A stretch of 37,768 nt of DNA from Akkermansiaceae bacterium (GCA_050049035.1 JASFWU010000001.1:1-37768), one strand, 5' to 3'; shown: positions 1 to 9,107, numbered from the stretch's first letter. Notes: generated from the sequence alone by a model not told the origin. Numbers and translations are program-made.

Positions 1-118
1 TAGGGGTTTTCACTCACGGACCGGAAACTAAGGAAGATTCCTTTGCCCTGAGAAGTTTTCTCACTCGAAAAGTGATGATTTGGGGTCAGGGAGGAAAAAG
101 GTTTCTCTCGCTCTCCAA

Positions 119-883
119 TTAGATCGCTCCCAAAGCCCGGGCTTTTTCTTTCTGTGCCCTGGTGAGGACAATGACCACGGAGACGGCAAAGATAGTGGCG
201 GCGATGGTGAGGCCGTGGGCGATGACCAGATTCTGGTTTTGATGGTGAATCGCGTTGATGGTGTCGGAATAGTCACTCTTTCGGTTCAAGAAAGCGGATC
301 CGATATTCATCACCACATAACTGAGCCACCAAAGCCCAACAAGGTTCCCGCCCCGGAATTGTTCGGCAACCTCGTTCCGAATGAACGACATCGCTTGATA
401 AGGTTTCCACAGATTGGCGAAGGGAATGAAATACCAGCCGACCGCCCATCCCGGAGTGAAAGTCTCGGCAGAGCTTTGCAGGTTTTGCAGGCTGGTGATG
501 CGGTCAAGACGGGTAGGGGGTCTGGCACTTCGAAATAACCAGGCGTTCTTGCAGGACATGTTTTTCCACATGCACCATAAGATGATGGAGGCAGCGAGAG
601 TGACCAGGCTGGCCGTGTGGAGTTGTGATTCAATCTCTGCCCAACGATCCACCTCATCTGCCGTCTGAAGATCTTCGAAAAAGCGAGTGAACGCTTCATT
701 GTAGGACATGATGGCGTAGATCCGTCCTCCCGAGATGAAGGCCCCGGTCAGGAAAACGCCGATCACCAATTTGGAAATCAGGCCAAGGTCGCGATAGGGC
801 CCGTAAGGGGAAGTGCCCAATTCTCCTGCCGCATGCATGGAGATTGGATCCTCGGCTGGGGCGGCATAAGGATTGTCGCTCAC
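119..883 (-). CDS. DUF4328-like integral membrane protein
   Basis: 254-aa ORF with an N-terminal NPYAAP tail and several hydrophobic helices. It carries the signature FTPGWAVGWYFIPFANLWKPYQAM, which I recognise from DUF4328-type proteins. Family recalled from memory, not searched. Confidence 0.65.
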   Translation of the reverse strand: MSDNPYAAPAEDPISMHAAGELGTSPYGPYRDLGLISKLVIGVFLTGAFISGGRIYAIMSYNEAFTRFFEDLQTADEVDRWAEIESQLHTASLVTLAASIILWCMWKNMSCKNAWLFRSARPPTRLDRITSLQNLQSSAETFTPGWAVGWYFIPFANLWKPYQAMSFIRNEVAEQFRGGNLVGLWWLSYVVMNIGSAFLNRKSDYSDTINAIHHQNQNLVIAHGLTIAATIFAVSVVIVLTRAQKEKARALGAI

Positions 884-990
884 GACCGGAAATCTGGGGG
901 AGATTGACCGGGGCTGAAAGCCCTGTTCGGTGGATTCACGGGAAATCTTCTCATGACGAGCTGAAAATGAGCGATTTTTGAATCATCGGG

Positions 991-1025
991 TTGACAAAAA
1001 TGAACTTTCAGTAATTACTGAAAGT
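991..1025 (+). promoter_or_regulatory. Putative promoter plus operator: TTGACA hexamer (991-996) followed by a perfect 22-bp palindrome AACTTTCAGTAATTACTGAAAGTT-like core (1004-1025)
   Basis: CTTTCAGTAATTACTGAAAG (1005-1024) is exactly self-complementary, and the flanking A1004/T1025 extend the palindrome. It sits directly in front of the in-frame GTG at 1026 of the wHTH regulator gene. The AT-rich centre (TAATTA) is at -10 distance from the TTGACA hexamer. Confidence 0.55.
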
Positions 1026-1547
1026 GTGAGCGAGGAACGGTCCAGATTGGAGCAAGCCAGAGAGGAGTTTGTGACCCAGTGGGGGGTCATGGGCGCCCAG
1101 TGGGGCATCAATCGCACGATGGCTCAGATTCATGCTCTTTTAATGACTTCTCCTGATGCCATGAGCACCGACGAAGTGATGGAGGCTCTGAGCATCAGTC
1201 GTGGAAACGCCCACACCAATCTCAAGGAGTTGGTCGGGTGGGGACTGATTCGGATCGTTATCAAAAAAGGCGAACGCAAGGAGTTCTTCGAGGCTGAGAA
1301 GGACGTCTGGGAGATTTTCCGCCGGGTGGCCCGTGAAAGGAAGCGCCGCGAAATTGATCCTGCTCTAGAAACCCTCCGAAACTGCAAGGAAGCCACCGCC
1401 GACATGACTTCTTCGGAAGGGAAGGCTTTCCATAATCAAATGGATCAATTGGAGGACTTCGTCAGCTTTGCCTCAAAGATGGGGGATCGGGTCGCCTCCA
1501 TGCAACACGGCAAGGCCATCCGTCTGGCCATGAAATTCTTCGGTTAG
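1026..1547 (+). CDS. GbsR/MarR-type winged-helix transcriptional regulator
   Basis: The ORF track gives 978..1547 from a TTG start. I prefer the in-frame GTG at 1026 (173 aa), because the palindromic operator occupies 1004-1025. The segment STDEVMEALSISRGNAHTNLKELVGWGLIRIV..KGERKEFFEA matches the GbsR-family wHTH pattern. Confidence 0.7.
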   Translation: MSEERSRLEQAREEFVTQWGVMGAQWGINRTMAQIHALLMTSPDAMSTDEVMEALSISRGNAHTNLKELVGWGLIRIVIKKGERKEFFEAEKDVWEIFRRVARERKRREIDPALETLRNCKEATADMTSSEGKAFHNQMDQLEDFVSFASKMGDRVASMQHGKAIRLAMKFFG

Positions 1548-1592
1548 CCCGAAACTCCTGCTCAAAACTCTCAAGCCAACAATCACAATACA

Positions 1593-1614
1593 AACTTTCA
1601 GAAAATCCTGAAAA
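1593..1614 (+). promoter_or_regulatory. Second copy of the operator motif (AACTTTCAG-N6-CTGAAAA) upstream of the DCC-family gene
   Basis: AACTTTCAG (1593-1601), 6 nt, then CTGAAAA (1608-1614). Half-sites and spacing match the 1004-1025 palindrome, with one mismatch in the right arm. It lies 18 nt upstream of the ATG at 1632, in an A-rich leader. Confidence 0.5.
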
Positions 1615-1631
1615 AACAAAACAAAAAGAAA

Positions 1632-2117
1632 ATGAACCTTCCAATCCATGTTCAGAAAATCGAGGTGTTCTACGACGGGCGTTGTGGAATGTGCTGCACC
1701 TTTCACGAGTGGATCCAACGACAGAAGCGGGCCTTCGGTATCGACTTTCTGCCCTACCAGTCGGACGAAGCGGAACGTGTTTTTCCGGGCCTGCATACCC
1801 TTGATCCGGCTCGCGAGATGATTGTGCGGACAGACGACGGGACTCTGTATCGCGGGGCCGAAGCCTGGGTCTGGTGTCTTTACAGTTGCTCGGGTTACCG
1901 CGGTCTCGCAAAGAGGCTGGCCAGGCCCGCGATGCTGGCGGTTGCAATCCGGGTGTGTCGCCTGCTCGCTGCCAACCGTCATGGGTTGAGCAAGATCTTC
2001 TTTCGCAAGAAGGACCGCGAAGTACGAGAAACCCTTCACCAAATGCCATCGCCCGAATGTCCGGACGGCGCCTGCGATTTTGAGCGCGACGAATGGCGCA
2101 ACGAACTCATGCATTGA
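1632..2117 (+). CDS. DCC-family thiol-disulfide oxidoreductase (DUF393)
   Basis: 161 aa. The N-terminal VFYDGRCGMCC motif (YDGxCxxC) and the overall size are typical of DCC1/DUF393 proteins. Confidence 0.8.
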   Translation: MNLPIHVQKIEVFYDGRCGMCCTFHEWIQRQKRAFGIDFLPYQSDEAERVFPGLHTLDPAREMIVRTDDGTLYRGAEAWVWCLYSCSGYRGLAKRLARPAMLAVAIRVCRLLAANRHGLSKIFFRKKDREVRETLHQMPSPECPDGACDFERDEWRNELMH

Positions 2118-2142
2118 AATCTCAATCCAAACCAAAAATACC

Positions 2143-2514
2143 ATGAACGAAACCACCATTACTTATGCCATTTATCTTCTGATCGCGATTCCCGTGACCA
2201 TCTGGGTTGCGAAGACCCTGCATCGCAACGGGCGTGTCTTTCTCATCGAGTGCTTCGGCGGGGATGAGGGTATGGCCGATAGCGTCAACCACCTCCTCGT
2301 GGTCGGCTTCTATCTCATCAACATCGGGTTCGTCACCCTGTATCTCAAACTCGATGTCAATGTCGTTGGGACGACGGGAGTCTTTGAGGCTCTCAGCAGC
2401 AAACTGGGAGTGGTTCTGTTAGTGCTCGGAGCGATGCACTTTCTCAACTTGCTCGTTTTCAGCCGCCTGCGTGACCGGGGAAACCGGACCACCCCTCCAC
2501 CTCTCAATATGTAG
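2143..2514 (+). CDS. Small multi-pass membrane protein, unknown function
   Basis: The ORF track starts at 2080, which overlaps the previous gene. The ATG at 2143 (MNETTITYAIYLL...) gives 123 aa with about three hydrophobic helices. It is same-strand and tightly packed in the operon. No family recognised. Confidence 0.5.
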   Translation: MNETTITYAIYLLIAIPVTIWVAKTLHRNGRVFLIECFGGDEGMADSVNHLLVVGFYLINIGFVTLYLKLDVNVVGTTGVFEALSSKLGVVLLVLGAMHFLNLLVFSRLRDRGNRTTPPPLNM

Positions 2515-2620
2515 AAACCCAAGACGATGATGAATTGGATCATTTGGCTTCTACGGAAGACCAGGAAGAGGCCTCTCAAAAGACGCCGCCGCTTAACCCG
2601 TTTGTTGGAAATCTAGAGCA

Positions 2621-3049
2621 ATGAAAGACTGGCTGGAATACGGACTTTGGTTCGCAGGATTTGGTTTCACAATGTTGGTTATTGCCAGCTTTTGGATCCC
2701 CGGGATCCTGGGTTGGAAAGAGAAGCTTCAGGCTCTCACGCCCTTGATGCGCGAACTCTTCTGGACCTACGCTGCCTATATCTTTGCAAGTCACATCTTC
2801 TTTGCCGTCCTGACCCTGGGATTCCAGGAGTGGTTGTTGAGTGGCACGGGTGCCGCGGGGGCGATGTCGGCCTTCATCTGTCTCTGGTGGACCGTCCGGG
2901 TTTATCTGCAGTTCTTCGGTTTTGATCTCACCGAAGTCGAAGATCGTCCCGCCAACCGGGTGGCAAAACACCTGCTCACTCTGTTGTTTGTCTATCTCAT
3001 GATCTTCTTTGGAATCCTGACCTGGTGGAACTTTGGAGGTGCGGGATGA
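2621..3049 (+). CDS. Four-helix membrane protein, unknown function
   Basis: 142 aa, Trp/Phe-rich with hydrophobic helices. Its stop overlaps the next gene's start (ATGA at 3046-3049), which suggests translational coupling. Confidence 0.55.
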   Translation: MKDWLEYGLWFAGFGFTMLVIASFWIPGILGWKEKLQALTPLMRELFWTYAAYIFASHIFFAVLTLGFQEWLLSGTGAAGAMSAFICLWWTVRVYLQFFGFDLTEVEDRPANRVAKHLLTLLFVYLMIFFGILTWWNFGGAG

Positions 3050-3921
3050 TTGAAGTGATCGGAGTTATCGTGTTGATGCTACTGGGAATTGTCTCGGGGC
3101 GATGGCGTCTACCTCTTGTCGTTGGCTGGGTCCTTGTGATCGCTTTGGTTGGCGGAACTCATCTTATCCTGCTGCAGTTCGATCCCATCGCCCGGATGGT
3201 TGGCATCTGTGTCGTGCTCCTTGCGGGAATGAAGGCGCTCGTCTACCGGGCTTGGGGAGGCAAACTGAGTTTGGGAAGATACCTCGTTTTCGCCCTCGGA
3301 TGGTTCGGGATGGACCCGGGCAGTTTTGGGAAGAGGCGTTCGGGTTTGAGCTGGAAGAACGATCTTCTTTTGGGTGTACTCCTGATGGTTCTCGGCACGC
3401 TTGGGGCGTGGGTGGTCTGGAAAATGGAGTGGCAGCAGATTCTTGTGATGTTTTTCCCGATGAGTCTGGGATTCCACTTCGGAGCTCTCCGTGTCCTGAA
3501 AGGCGGGTTGCGAAGAGCGGGATTTCCGGTGCGGACTCTGTTTCCAAATGTCCTTCGAGCCAGAGGTCTGGGTGACTTTTGGAGCCTACGCTGGAATGTG
3601 GGCTATTCCCAAATGATGCAGCGTCTGGTTGGACGTTCGGTGGACCGGTGCTTCGGGCGAGCCTGGGGAGTGATGGCAGTGTTTTTCGTGTCGGGCTTGC
3701 TTCACGAGGTGGCGATCACGCTTCCGGTCAATGCGGGCTATGGTCTGCCGACCCTTTACTTCAGCGTCCATGGACTCCTCGTGGTTCTTGAGACCAAGTG
3801 GGGCAGGAGTTTTGGAAAAGTCGGAGCCCTCCTCCTCGTGATGGTTCCGCTTGGCTTTCTCTTTCCGCCTGAGTTTCAGAGCGAGGTGATCGCGAGATGC
3901 CTGATGATTTTTGAACGATGA
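3046..3921 (+). CDS. MBOAT_2 / wax-synthase-like membrane O-acyltransferase family protein
   Basis: 291 aa from the ATG at 3046, polytopic. DFWSLRWNVGYSQMM resembles the FWxRRWH motif, and SGLLHEVAITLP contains the conserved His of the MBOAT_2 family. It has ATGA overlaps with both neighbouring genes. Confidence 0.6.
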   Translation: MIEVIGVIVLMLLGIVSGRWRLPLVVGWVLVIALVGGTHLILLQFDPIARMVGICVVLLAGMKALVYRAWGGKLSLGRYLVFALGWFGMDPGSFGKRRSGLSWKNDLLLGVLLMVLGTLGAWVVWKMEWQQILVMFFPMSLGFHFGALRVLKGGLRRAGFPVRTLFPNVLRARGLGDFWSLRWNVGYSQMMQRLVGRSVDRCFGRAWGVMAVFFVSGLLHEVAITLPVNAGYGLPTLYFSVHGLLVVLETKWGRSFGKVGALLLVMVPLGFLFPPEFQSEVIARCLMIFER

Positions 3922-4853
3922 AAAAGAAGAAGTTGATTGTCACGGGAGCCAATGGCTTCCTCGGAAGATATCTCTGCCATTGGTTTGTCAAACTCGGCTG
4001 GGAGGTGGTTGCGATTTCGCGCCATGGCGGAGTTCCGGAGGTGGCGCGTGATGTCCGCTGGGACGGTCGGACAACCGGCGCCTGGTTCCAGGAGCTTGAT
4101 GGGGCGGATGTGGTCGTGAATCTTGCGGGGAAGAGCGTGAATTGCCGCTATGGCGAGAAGAACAAGGCTGCAATTTTTGCCAGTCGCCTCGAAAGTACGA
4201 AAGTTCTCGCAGAAGCAATCAGTGGCTGTGATTCACCGCCGGGGCTCTGGCTCAATTCCAGCACCGCCACGATCTATCGTCATGCCGAAGACCGGCCCCA
4301 GGATGAGGAGGGTGGAGAGTTGGGCGAGGGGTTTTCGGTCGAGGTTGCCAAAGCCTGGGAGAAAGCCTTTTTTGAAAGCGAAGTGCCGAACGAGGTCAGG
4401 CGCGTCGCCTTGAGAACCGCGATTGTTCTGGGGAATGAACCGGGTTCGGTTTTCGATTACTTGCGTCGAATTTCCTGGCTAGGGCTGGGCGGCCGCATGG
4501 GCAGCGGAAAGCAAAAGATGAGCTGGATCCATGTTGATGACTTCTGTCGAGCGATCGAGTGGATGACTGAAAAAGACGAGCTCCGTTCGTATTACAATCT
4601 CTCTGCTCCCAATCCCACCGACAATGCAGGTTGCATGGCGGGCTTTCGAAAGATCACCGGGCGAAGCTTTGGTTTGCCTGCCGAAAAGTGGATGCTTGAG
4701 ATTGGAACCTTTCTCATGCGTTCCGAGACCGAGCTGGTTTTGAAAAGCCGATGGGTGCTGCCAAAGCGGCTGGTGGAAGAGGGATTTGAGTTCAAATGGA
4801 CTGAGTTCGAGCCGGCTTTGGAGCACCTCGAGGGAAGGCCCGGGCCGGTGTGA
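3918..4853 (+). CDS. TIGR01777/YfcH-type epimerase-family SDR with C-terminal DUF1731
   Basis: 311 aa with an N-terminal Rossmann motif VTGANGFLGRYL. The C-terminal VLPKRLVEEGFEFKWTEFEPALEHL is typical of the YfcH/SDR39U1 tail. Confidence 0.8.
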   Translation: MKKKKLIVTGANGFLGRYLCHWFVKLGWEVVAISRHGGVPEVARDVRWDGRTTGAWFQELDGADVVVNLAGKSVNCRYGEKNKAAIFASRLESTKVLAEAISGCDSPPGLWLNSSTATIYRHAEDRPQDEEGGELGEGFSVEVAKAWEKAFFESEVPNEVRRVALRTAIVLGNEPGSVFDYLRRISWLGLGGRMGSGKQKMSWIHVDDFCRAIEWMTEKDELRSYYNLSAPNPTDNAGCMAGFRKITGRSFGLPAEKWMLEIGTFLMRSETELVLKSRWVLPKRLVEEGFEFKWTEFEPALEHLEGRPGPV

Positions 4854-4912
4854 AGGAAACAGGGATGGACGGGATCTAAAGGATGTTGGTGTTGGGAAAC
4901 TGATGGACTCGC

Positions 4913-5491
4913 ATGAGCGGTCCTTTTTCTTCTGCATTTGCCAGATTCGTTTTCTTTGTTATCTCGGAGGGCGCAATGGCATTTCGAGCAAAACCGCGTG
5001 GACACGTGGCGGTCCCCCTGTTGATCTTCGGAGGACTGGCGATCCTGCTTGGAATGGTGGCGGAGATGCGCGGAATCTTTACCGCGCCCACGGCATTCCT
5101 TCTTGAGGCCTGGCAAAGCGGCGGGCTCGAAGTACGTGCCGAAATGGGCTTGCCGGGACGGGTCGGGATCCTCGTGACCACAATTGCTTCCTTCGCCCTG
5201 GCCGGTGCCATTCTTGGGACTCCGGGGACGGGACGGCGTTTGGTCCTCGGACTGACCGCGATCTTTCTTTCGCTGAGTTTGATTCCCGCCTTCGCGGTGT
5301 GGGGGATTTTCTGGAAACCTTTTGGAACGGTTCTGGCAATCGCCTGGGCCGCCTTTTCGTCCACGATTTACGCTGCGCGACATGAAATGCCTTGTGAGGT
5401 GATTGACTTACCCGAAGCGGGAAATGTCATTCGCATGGATGGAGAACTCGAAGAGGTGAAGTCGAAGAGTCGGAGCAATGGCCAGGGTTGA
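4913..5491 (+). CDS. Hypothetical multi-pass membrane protein
   Basis: 192 aa, Ala/Gly/Leu-rich helices, codon usage like the neighbouring genes. Its 3' end overlaps the recR start by 14 nt. The start is uncertain, with an alternative ATG at 4976. No family recognised. Confidence 0.45.
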   Translation: MSGPFSSAFARFVFFVISEGAMAFRAKPRGHVAVPLLIFGGLAILLGMVAEMRGIFTAPTAFLLEAWQSGGLEVRAEMGLPGRVGILVTTIASFALAGAILGTPGTGRRLVLGLTAIFLSLSLIPAFAVWGIFWKPFGTVLAIAWAAFSSTIYAARHEMPCEVIDLPEAGNVIRMDGELEEVKSKSRSNGQG

Positions 5492-6077
5492 GTTTCCGGC
5501 GGAGGTGCTGGCATTGGTGAAGGAGTTGAAAAGGCTCCCGGGTGTTGGCCCCCGCAGTGCCGAGCGGATTGCGGTTTATCTTTTGCAAAATCCCAAGGCA
5601 GCCCCGCTCGACCTGGCCGGTTCTCTTCATGATTGTGATCGTGAAGTAAAGGCCTGTCCGACTTGCGGTTTTTTTATGGGACGTTCGGGATGCGAGGCCT
5701 GCTCGGAGCAGGGTCGGGATACCTCGACTCTCTGTGTGGTCGAACAACCCACCGACATTCTTCCCATTGAGCGGTCCGGCGTTTTCCGTGGTCAATATCA
5801 CTGCCTCGGAGGAAAGCTCTCGCCCCTCGATGATGTGCGTCCGGAGGACCTACGCATCGGAGGCCTGTTACGCCGGTTGAAAAACAAACTCGGCACCGAA
5901 GTGATTCTGGCCACCAGTTCGGATGTCGAAGGGGAAGCCACAGCCAATTATCTGTGTGAAGTGCTCGCCGGTGTGGGCTGCAAAGTCACTCGGTTGGCCC
6001 AGGGTCTTCCGGCAGGCGGGGGATTGGAGTTCGCTGACGAGTTAACGCTTTCGAGGGCCTTTGAAGGTCGGCGGTAA
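5478..6077 (+). CDS. recR: Recombination protein RecR
   Basis: 199 aa. It has the helix-hairpin-helix LPGVGPRSAERIA, the C4 zinc finger CPTCGFF..GCEAC, the Toprim segment LCVVEQPTDILPIE and the DVEGEATANYL motif. Confidence 0.95.
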   Translation: MARVEFPAEVLALVKELKRLPGVGPRSAERIAVYLLQNPKAAPLDLAGSLHDCDREVKACPTCGFFMGRSGCEACSEQGRDTSTLCVVEQPTDILPIERSGVFRGQYHCLGGKLSPLDDVRPEDLRIGGLLRRLKNKLGTEVILATSSDVEGEATANYLCEVLAGVGCKVTRLAQGLPAGGGLEFADELTLSRAFEGRR

Positions 6078-6122
6078 GAACGCGCGATCTTGATTTTAGC
6101 GTGATTTGTTGCAAAGATCATC

Positions 6123-6141
6123 AGAGCGATATCGCTCTTTT
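6123..6141 (+). terminator. Possible weak intrinsic terminator after recR
   Basis: AGAGCGATATCGCTCT is a perfect 16-bp palindrome (6-bp stem plus ATAT loop if folded) followed by TTT. It lies 46 nt after the recR stop. A TTGACA hexamer follows immediately at 6140-6145. Confidence 0.35.
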
Positions 6142-6165
6142 GACAACACCTCACTTTCCCAATCG

Positions 6166-7506
6166 ATGATTTCTTTTTGTTACCGCGTTTTCGCGGTGTT
6201 TTTCTTGCTGCAGCCGGTCGACCTGATCGCCCAGAATCGCCGACCGGTCCCGGACCATTCCTCCTGGGTGTTGGACCAGAAACTCTGGGAAACCACGATG
6301 ACCGATCTGGCAAAGAAGAACCCCATGATGCGGTTCAAGTTTCTATCGGCAAATCAAAGAGGACTCCGTTCCCCGATTCGTGGCCGCCTTTTCGGGGTGC
6401 CGACAGGCGAGGTTCTCGTCAAAGGTGCTGAGAAAGGTGGTAAGATCGAAGGAGTCACCATTTCGATTTTCAACCGGGGGGATGACCGGGCCATTTCGAT
6501 TGCCGACATGAACCAGCGGTTTGCAACAATCGGGCGGGTCCTCTCGGAGAAGACCAAGAGCGAGCCCAGGGATCGGTCCCAGAGCAAAGCGGTCAACCTC
6601 AAGAGCCTGATGTGGACCTCCGGGAAGTCGGCCTACCTTCTTGAGATGAGTTCGAGTCGTTCGACCGCCGAGTTTTTACGCCTGAGGGTGGCCCCGGTGG
6701 GCAAGGCCTCGAAGGAAACGAAAACGGTCAATCGCCGGAGGCTTTCACAAAATGTCGTTCGGGAAACCAATGGAGATGTTTGGATTAAAAACATCCCCAT
6801 GGTTGATCAAGGTCGCAAAGGATACTGCGCTTGTGCCACCGCCGCGCGAATCTATCAGTATTATGGTTTGGGAACGACCCAACACGAGATTGCCCAAATC
6901 GCCCAGGCTGGACCGCAGACCGGAACCCTGCCCTCGCTGATGGTATCGGCTCTCAAAAAGGTCACCACCAAAATGGATTCACGGGTGCTCACCCTTTATG
7001 AATACCCCAAGGGCATTGCGGAGACGAATGTGCGCAGCAGCAAGTACTTGTCCGGAATCAAGGAAGTGAACTCCGACGTCAACAAGTATCAAGCACTGGC
7101 CAAAAAGATGGGCGTGGGAGCTCTCACCATCAATGGTGAGCGGGGAGGCAAGGTGTCCCGAAACACCGCCATCAGCATCTTTGCAGCCCGGCAAATGATG
7201 AAAGGGGACATCTTCAGGGAGGTCATGGTGAAGAAGTCGAATTACAGCCGTTTCCAGTCACAGATTCGCAAGTATATCCGTGAGGGGGTGCCGGTTGCGT
7301 GGAGCCTTCAGCTCGGCATGTTTCCCGAAAAGGGCCTTCCGCAAGCGAGAGGCGGGCACATGCGCCTGATCATTGGCTACAACGAACGCACCAAGGAGGT
7401 GATTTACTCCGACTCATGGGGTGCGGGCCACGAGAGGAAGAAAATGCCCATGGCGAATGCCTATTGCATGTCGAATCTGCTCCTGGCGCTCCCGCCGCTT
7501 CACTGA
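6166..7506 (+). CDS. Secreted protein with C-terminal papain-like (C39-like) cysteine peptidase domain
   Basis: I prefer the ATG at 6166, which gives the signal-peptide-like MISFCYRVFAVFFLLQPVDLIAQ. The C-terminal half has a candidate nucleophile in KGYCACATAARIYQYYG and a His in GGHMRLIIGYNERTKEVIYSDSWG, resembling the Peptidase_C39_2 layout. The N-terminal ~200 aa are unassigned. Confidence 0.5.
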   Translation: MISFCYRVFAVFFLLQPVDLIAQNRRPVPDHSSWVLDQKLWETTMTDLAKKNPMMRFKFLSANQRGLRSPIRGRLFGVPTGEVLVKGAEKGGKIEGVTISIFNRGDDRAISIADMNQRFATIGRVLSEKTKSEPRDRSQSKAVNLKSLMWTSGKSAYLLEMSSSRSTAEFLRLRVAPVGKASKETKTVNRRRLSQNVVRETNGDVWIKNIPMVDQGRKGYCACATAARIYQYYGLGTTQHEIAQIAQAGPQTGTLPSLMVSALKKVTTKMDSRVLTLYEYPKGIAETNVRSSKYLSGIKEVNSDVNKYQALAKKMGVGALTINGERGGKVSRNTAISIFAARQMMKGDIFREVMVKKSNYSRFQSQIRKYIREGVPVAWSLQLGMFPEKGLPQARGGHMRLIIGYNERTKEVIYSDSWGAGHERKKMPMANAYCMSNLLLALPPLH

Positions 7507-7928
7507 GCACATTCCGGACAGCGTCCGAAGAATTCCAGTTCGTGGTAAAGATCCACAAAGCCGGTTTCCTGACGAATCTCCTCCTCGAGTTGATGGACCG
7601 GACACGGCGCGTCAATGGCCTTGATGCTCCCGCATTCGGTACAGATCAGGTAGTCGCGATGCACCCCGGGGATGAGGAGGGTAAAGTAGGCCGCCCGTTC
7701 ATGCAGGCCGAGGCGACGAACCATGCCTTTTTCGGTCAGTCGCTGGAGGAGTCGAAAGACCGTCGCTTTATCACATTGGTTGGCGAGATGTCCGCAGGAA
7801 GTGAATTCGCTCAAGGTCATCGGACGGTCGCACTCCCGGAGACAGGTCAGGATGGCTTCGAGCGCTTTGGTCCGACGAAGGCCGGCTGCTTTGGCCCTTT
7901 CAATGAGCTTTTCGAGAGGCGGGATCAT
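7500..7928 (-). CDS. Fur-family metalloregulator (Fur/Zur/PerR type not resolvable)
   Basis: 142 aa with an N-terminal wHTH (RRTKALEAILTCL...TVFRLLQRL). The two CxxC pairs, YLICTECGS and FFGRCPEC, are typical of the Fur-family structural Zn site. The His-rich regulatory motif is reduced to VHRDY. Confidence 0.85.
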   Translation of the reverse strand: MIPPLEKLIERAKAAGLRRTKALEAILTCLRECDRPMTLSEFTSCGHLANQCDKATVFRLLQRLTEKGMVRRLGLHERAAYFTLLIPGVHRDYLICTECGSIKAIDAPCPVHQLEEEIRQETGFVDLYHELEFFGRCPECAQ

Positions 7929-7961
7929 GGTCGAAAGGCAAACGAGTTTAGTCAGGTCCTG

Positions 7962-8987
7962 CTAGAGAAGGTTGGGTTGATCCGGACCGGACGGAGGAGG
8001 ATTCGCGCCAATTTTCGTGTAGGCCGCCGGCATGGCCACCCGGCCGCGGGGGGTTCGCTTCACAAAGCCTTGCATGATGAGGAAAGGTTCGTGGACCTCC
8101 TCCAGAGTCGAGGCGTCCTCGCCAATGGCCACCGCGAGGGATGACAGTCCCACCGGGCCCCCGGTGAACTTGTAGATCATGGCCTCGAGAATGCGCTTGT
8201 CCATTTCGTCGAGGCCGTCTTCATCGATCTCGATCATTTCGAGCGCGGCTTCGGCAGTGGGGCCGGTAATGACGCCATCGGAGCGGACTTGCACGTAGTC
8301 GCGCACCCAGCGAAGAAGGTTGTTGGCAATCCGGGGGGTACCGCGGGAACGGGAAGCAATGGTAAGGGCTCCATCGTCCTGCATTTTCAGTCCGAGGATT
8401 TCGGCGGACCGCTTGAGAATCACCGCCAGCTGGTCGTGCGTGTAGTAATCGAGCCGGTTGATGAGACCAAAGCGGGAGCGCAGAGGAGAGGTCAGCATGC
8501 CGGAGCGCGTGGTGGCTCCGACGAGGGTGAATTTTGGCAGCTGCAACTGGATCGAGCGGGCGGAGGGGCCTGAGTCGATAATGATATCGAGCCGAAAGTC
8601 CTCCATCGCCGGGTAGAGATATTCTTCGATGGCGGGGTGGAGGCGGTGGATTTCGTCGATGAAAAGAATGTCGCCTCGTTGCAAATTGGTGAGAATTCCG
8701 GCGAGGTCTCCTGCTTTTTCGATCTGGGGACCCGAGGTGGTGTGCAGAGTGGTGCCTACGGCGGTGGCGACAATGTTGGCGAGAGTGGTTTTCCCGAGGC
8801 CGGGAGGGCCCGAGAGGAGCACGTGCTCCAGAACATCTTCGCGGCCCTTGGCCGCCGCCACCATGAGCATCAGGCGTTCGGTCACCTTTTCCTGCCCGTG
8901 GAATTCCTCGAATCCCGGCGGGCGCAGGCTGAGGTCTTCCGGCGTGTCCGGAGCGTTCGTTGCTTCTTGGAAGTAGGACTCCGACAT
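7962..8987 (-). CDS. ruvB: Holliday junction branch migration ATPase RuvB
   Basis: Walker [24 protein letters not shown], and the RuvB-typical [16 protein letters not shown]-terminus. The start is chosen at MSESYF (8987); the ORF track's alternative start is 9032. Confidence 0.95.
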   Translation of the reverse strand: MSESYFQEATNAPDTPEDLSLRPPGFEEFHGQEKVTERLMLMVAAAKGREDVLEHVLLSGPPGLGKTTLANIVATAVGTTLHTTSGPQIEKAGDLAGILTNLQRGDILFIDEIHRLHPAIEEYLYPAMEDFRLDIIIDSGPSARSIQLQLPKFTLVGATTRSGMLTSPLRSRFGLINRLDYYTHDQLAVILKRSAEILGLKMQDDGALTIASRSRGTPRIANNLLRWVRDYVQVRSDGVITGPTAEAALEMIEIDEDGLDEMDKRILEAMIYKFTGGPVGLSSLAVAIGEDASTLEEVHEPFLIMQGFVKRTPRGRVAMPAAYTKIGANPPPSGPDQPNLL

Positions 8988-9107
8988 ACGCTGAAGGTGC
9001 GGGAGTGAAGCATGGCGGGAGTTCGGATGCACCCGAAATTTTCTGAGGAATGGGCTTTACAGGTGAAAAAGTGCGGGTAAGGTCCCGCCCCCCGAACCGC
9101 AGGTCTC

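Noticed and set aside
978-1025. The TTG start at 978 given by the ORF track for the GbsR-like regulator.
   Set aside because: The extension would be translated through the perfect 22-bp palindrome and the TTGACA hexamer. The in-frame GTG at 1026 gives a family-typical length of about 173 aa. The start is still unproven.
7500-7506. Convergent stop codons of the peptidase gene and the fur-family gene overlap within TCACTGA.
   Set aside because: This is a common compaction feature with no evident functional implication.
7299-8144. A 281-aa plus-strand ORF spanning the fur-family and ruvB 3' regions.
   Set aside because: It overlaps two confidently identified minus-strand genes and has no recognisable motifs.
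9033-9107. I looked for a Fur/Zur-box-like AT-rich inverted repeat upstream of the type B L36 gene.
   Set aside because: Only a weak GAAATTTTC element is present, with nothing resembling a 7-1-7 or 9-1-9 Fur-family box. No regulatory feature was called.
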